Origin: Deltaproteobacteria bacterium
GTDB lineage: Bacteria; Desulfobacterota; Dissulfuribacteria; Dissulfuribacterales; UBA3076
Assembly (NCBI GenBank): GCA_011042225.1
Contig: DQXT01000056.1
Span: 1 to 54,476 of the forward strand
DNA: 54,476 bases
Reading direction: 5' to 3'
This document shows, in pieces, positions 53,817-54,476 of this stretch. The notes beneath the pieces are model-generated. The model was not told the origin of the DNA, did not search any database, and was given only the letters and a program-made list of their open reading frames with translations. Made by a program: the position numbers and the translations under genes. Position 1 is the first letter of the stretch. The number at the start of each line of letters is the position of its first letter.

Positions 53817-54476
53817 ATGATAAAGAAGAAAAAGTATCAAATATCATTTGCGCAACTCCAGGTCAATAAATGCTTAGATAAGACCAACTGGTTGCATAAT
53901 GTTAACAAGCTGCTCGATTGGGAGCCAATAAGGCGGAAATTTGCCAATCTTCACCCCTCTAATACCGGTAGACCTGCATATGACCCTGTCTTTATGTTCA
54001 AAATACTCCTCATGCAACAGTGGTTCAACCTGTCGGACCCCCAGGCTGAAGCCCGGATCAATGACCGGATCTCTTTCAAGATCTTTCTCGGTTTGGATAT
54101 CGCTGATACCGGACCAGATGAGACCACCATCTGCAACTTTAGAAACTACATTGGTAGCATAGGATTGGCTGATGACCTGTTTGAAGAAATCAACAAACAA
54201 TTTAAACAAAAAGGGCTTATTGTAAAAACTGGCACCTTGATTGACGCATCTTTCTATCAGGCCTCTACTAAACCACCAGCAAAAGGGAAAGAAGCCAAGG
54301 ATTCTGATGCTGCATGGGGTGCCAAGGGAAAGGGTAAAAACAAGAAATATTGTTACGGATACAAGGTCCATATAGGAGTGGATCAGGACTCCGGCATAGT
54401 TCGGAAAACAGAAATAACCAATGCCAGGATCAATGATCACGAGGTGTTTGATGAACTCATCAGCGGAAATGAACAG
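53817..54476 (+). mobile_element. IS5-family (DDE) transposase gene, 5-prime 220 codons; continues beyond the window
   Basis: Own translation: MIKKKKYQISFAQLQVNKCLDKTNWLHNVNKLLDWEPIRRKFANLHPSNTGRPAYDPVFMFKILLMQQWFNLSDPQAEARINDRISFKIFLGL...GTLIDASF...YGYKVHIGVD. This is the typical IS5/DUF772 N-terminal domain and first DDE aspartate region. The track's 53874..54440 minus ORF is its antisense shadow. I could not define the IS ends. Confidence 0.85.

Noticed and set aside
1-54476. CRISPR arrays, rRNA and tRNA genes, integrases or att-type direct repeats flanking the islands.
   Set aside because: Reading all intergenic regions longer than 80 bp on both strands showed no regularly spaced repeats, no cloverleaf-like GC-rich 70-90 nt segments and no tyrosine or serine recombinase motifs. 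A tRNAscan or Infernal run is still needed to be certain.

Overview
This 54.5-kb window is chromosomal DNA. From gene content I infer an anaerobic, Desulfobacterota-like (deltaproteobacterial) genome: group 3b NiFe hydrogenase, ADP-forming acetyl-CoA synthetase, a heme-c-type chemoreceptor and many thiol-redox genes. All family calls come from motifs I recognise in the translations; I ran no database search. I support about 58 coding regions. By eye I found no rRNA, tRNA or CRISPR array.

Gene layout:
- **1-12.8 kb, housekeeping:** hisF, a glgA-like gene, a cysteine synthase::CysRS fusion, a DUF89 gene, murJ, an ATP-grasp gene, and an HExxH peptidase coupled to bioA-bioB.
- **13.0-22.1 kb, chemosensory operon:** STAS-CheY-CheA-MCP-CheW-CheR-CheD-CheB, ending in a REC-GGDEF diguanylate cyclase.
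- **22.1-25.3 kb:** hemB, preceded by a phospho-acceptor-less receiver domain and a ClpX paralog.
- **25.6-32.9 kb:** a thiol/disulfide group (CoADR-rhodanese, DsbC-like), a purH lacking the cyclohydrolase domain, and a radical SAM gene.
- **33.2-37.2 kb:** an ADP-forming acetyl-CoA synthetase coupled to a CoA-transferase::GNAT fusion.
- **38.2-41.6 kb:** an AT-rich island of small minus-strand genes, several below the ORF-track cutoff.
- **44.6-46.8 kb:** a GC-rich ArsR-permease-thioredoxin module with duplicated operators.
- **47.1-53.5 kb:** hypA and hypC, then an AT-rich, tightly overlapped group 3b hydrogenase operon.
- **Right edge:** a truncated IS5-family transposase.

Most interesting observations:
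1. A tandem MshEN-like (c-di-GMP-receptor-type) motif pair sits inside CheA, in an operon whose last gene makes c-di-GMP.
2. One uninterrupted ORF fuses CysK to CysRS, and its HIGH motif is degenerate (H-M-G-L).
3. An N-terminally extended HypC-like protein and a DMT transporter are translationally coupled to the hydrogenase operon.
4. A ClpX paralog is paired with a pseudo-receiver domain.
5. The 39.6-41.6 kb small-gene island contains a TAG-interrupted frame that carries a tetranucleotide tract.
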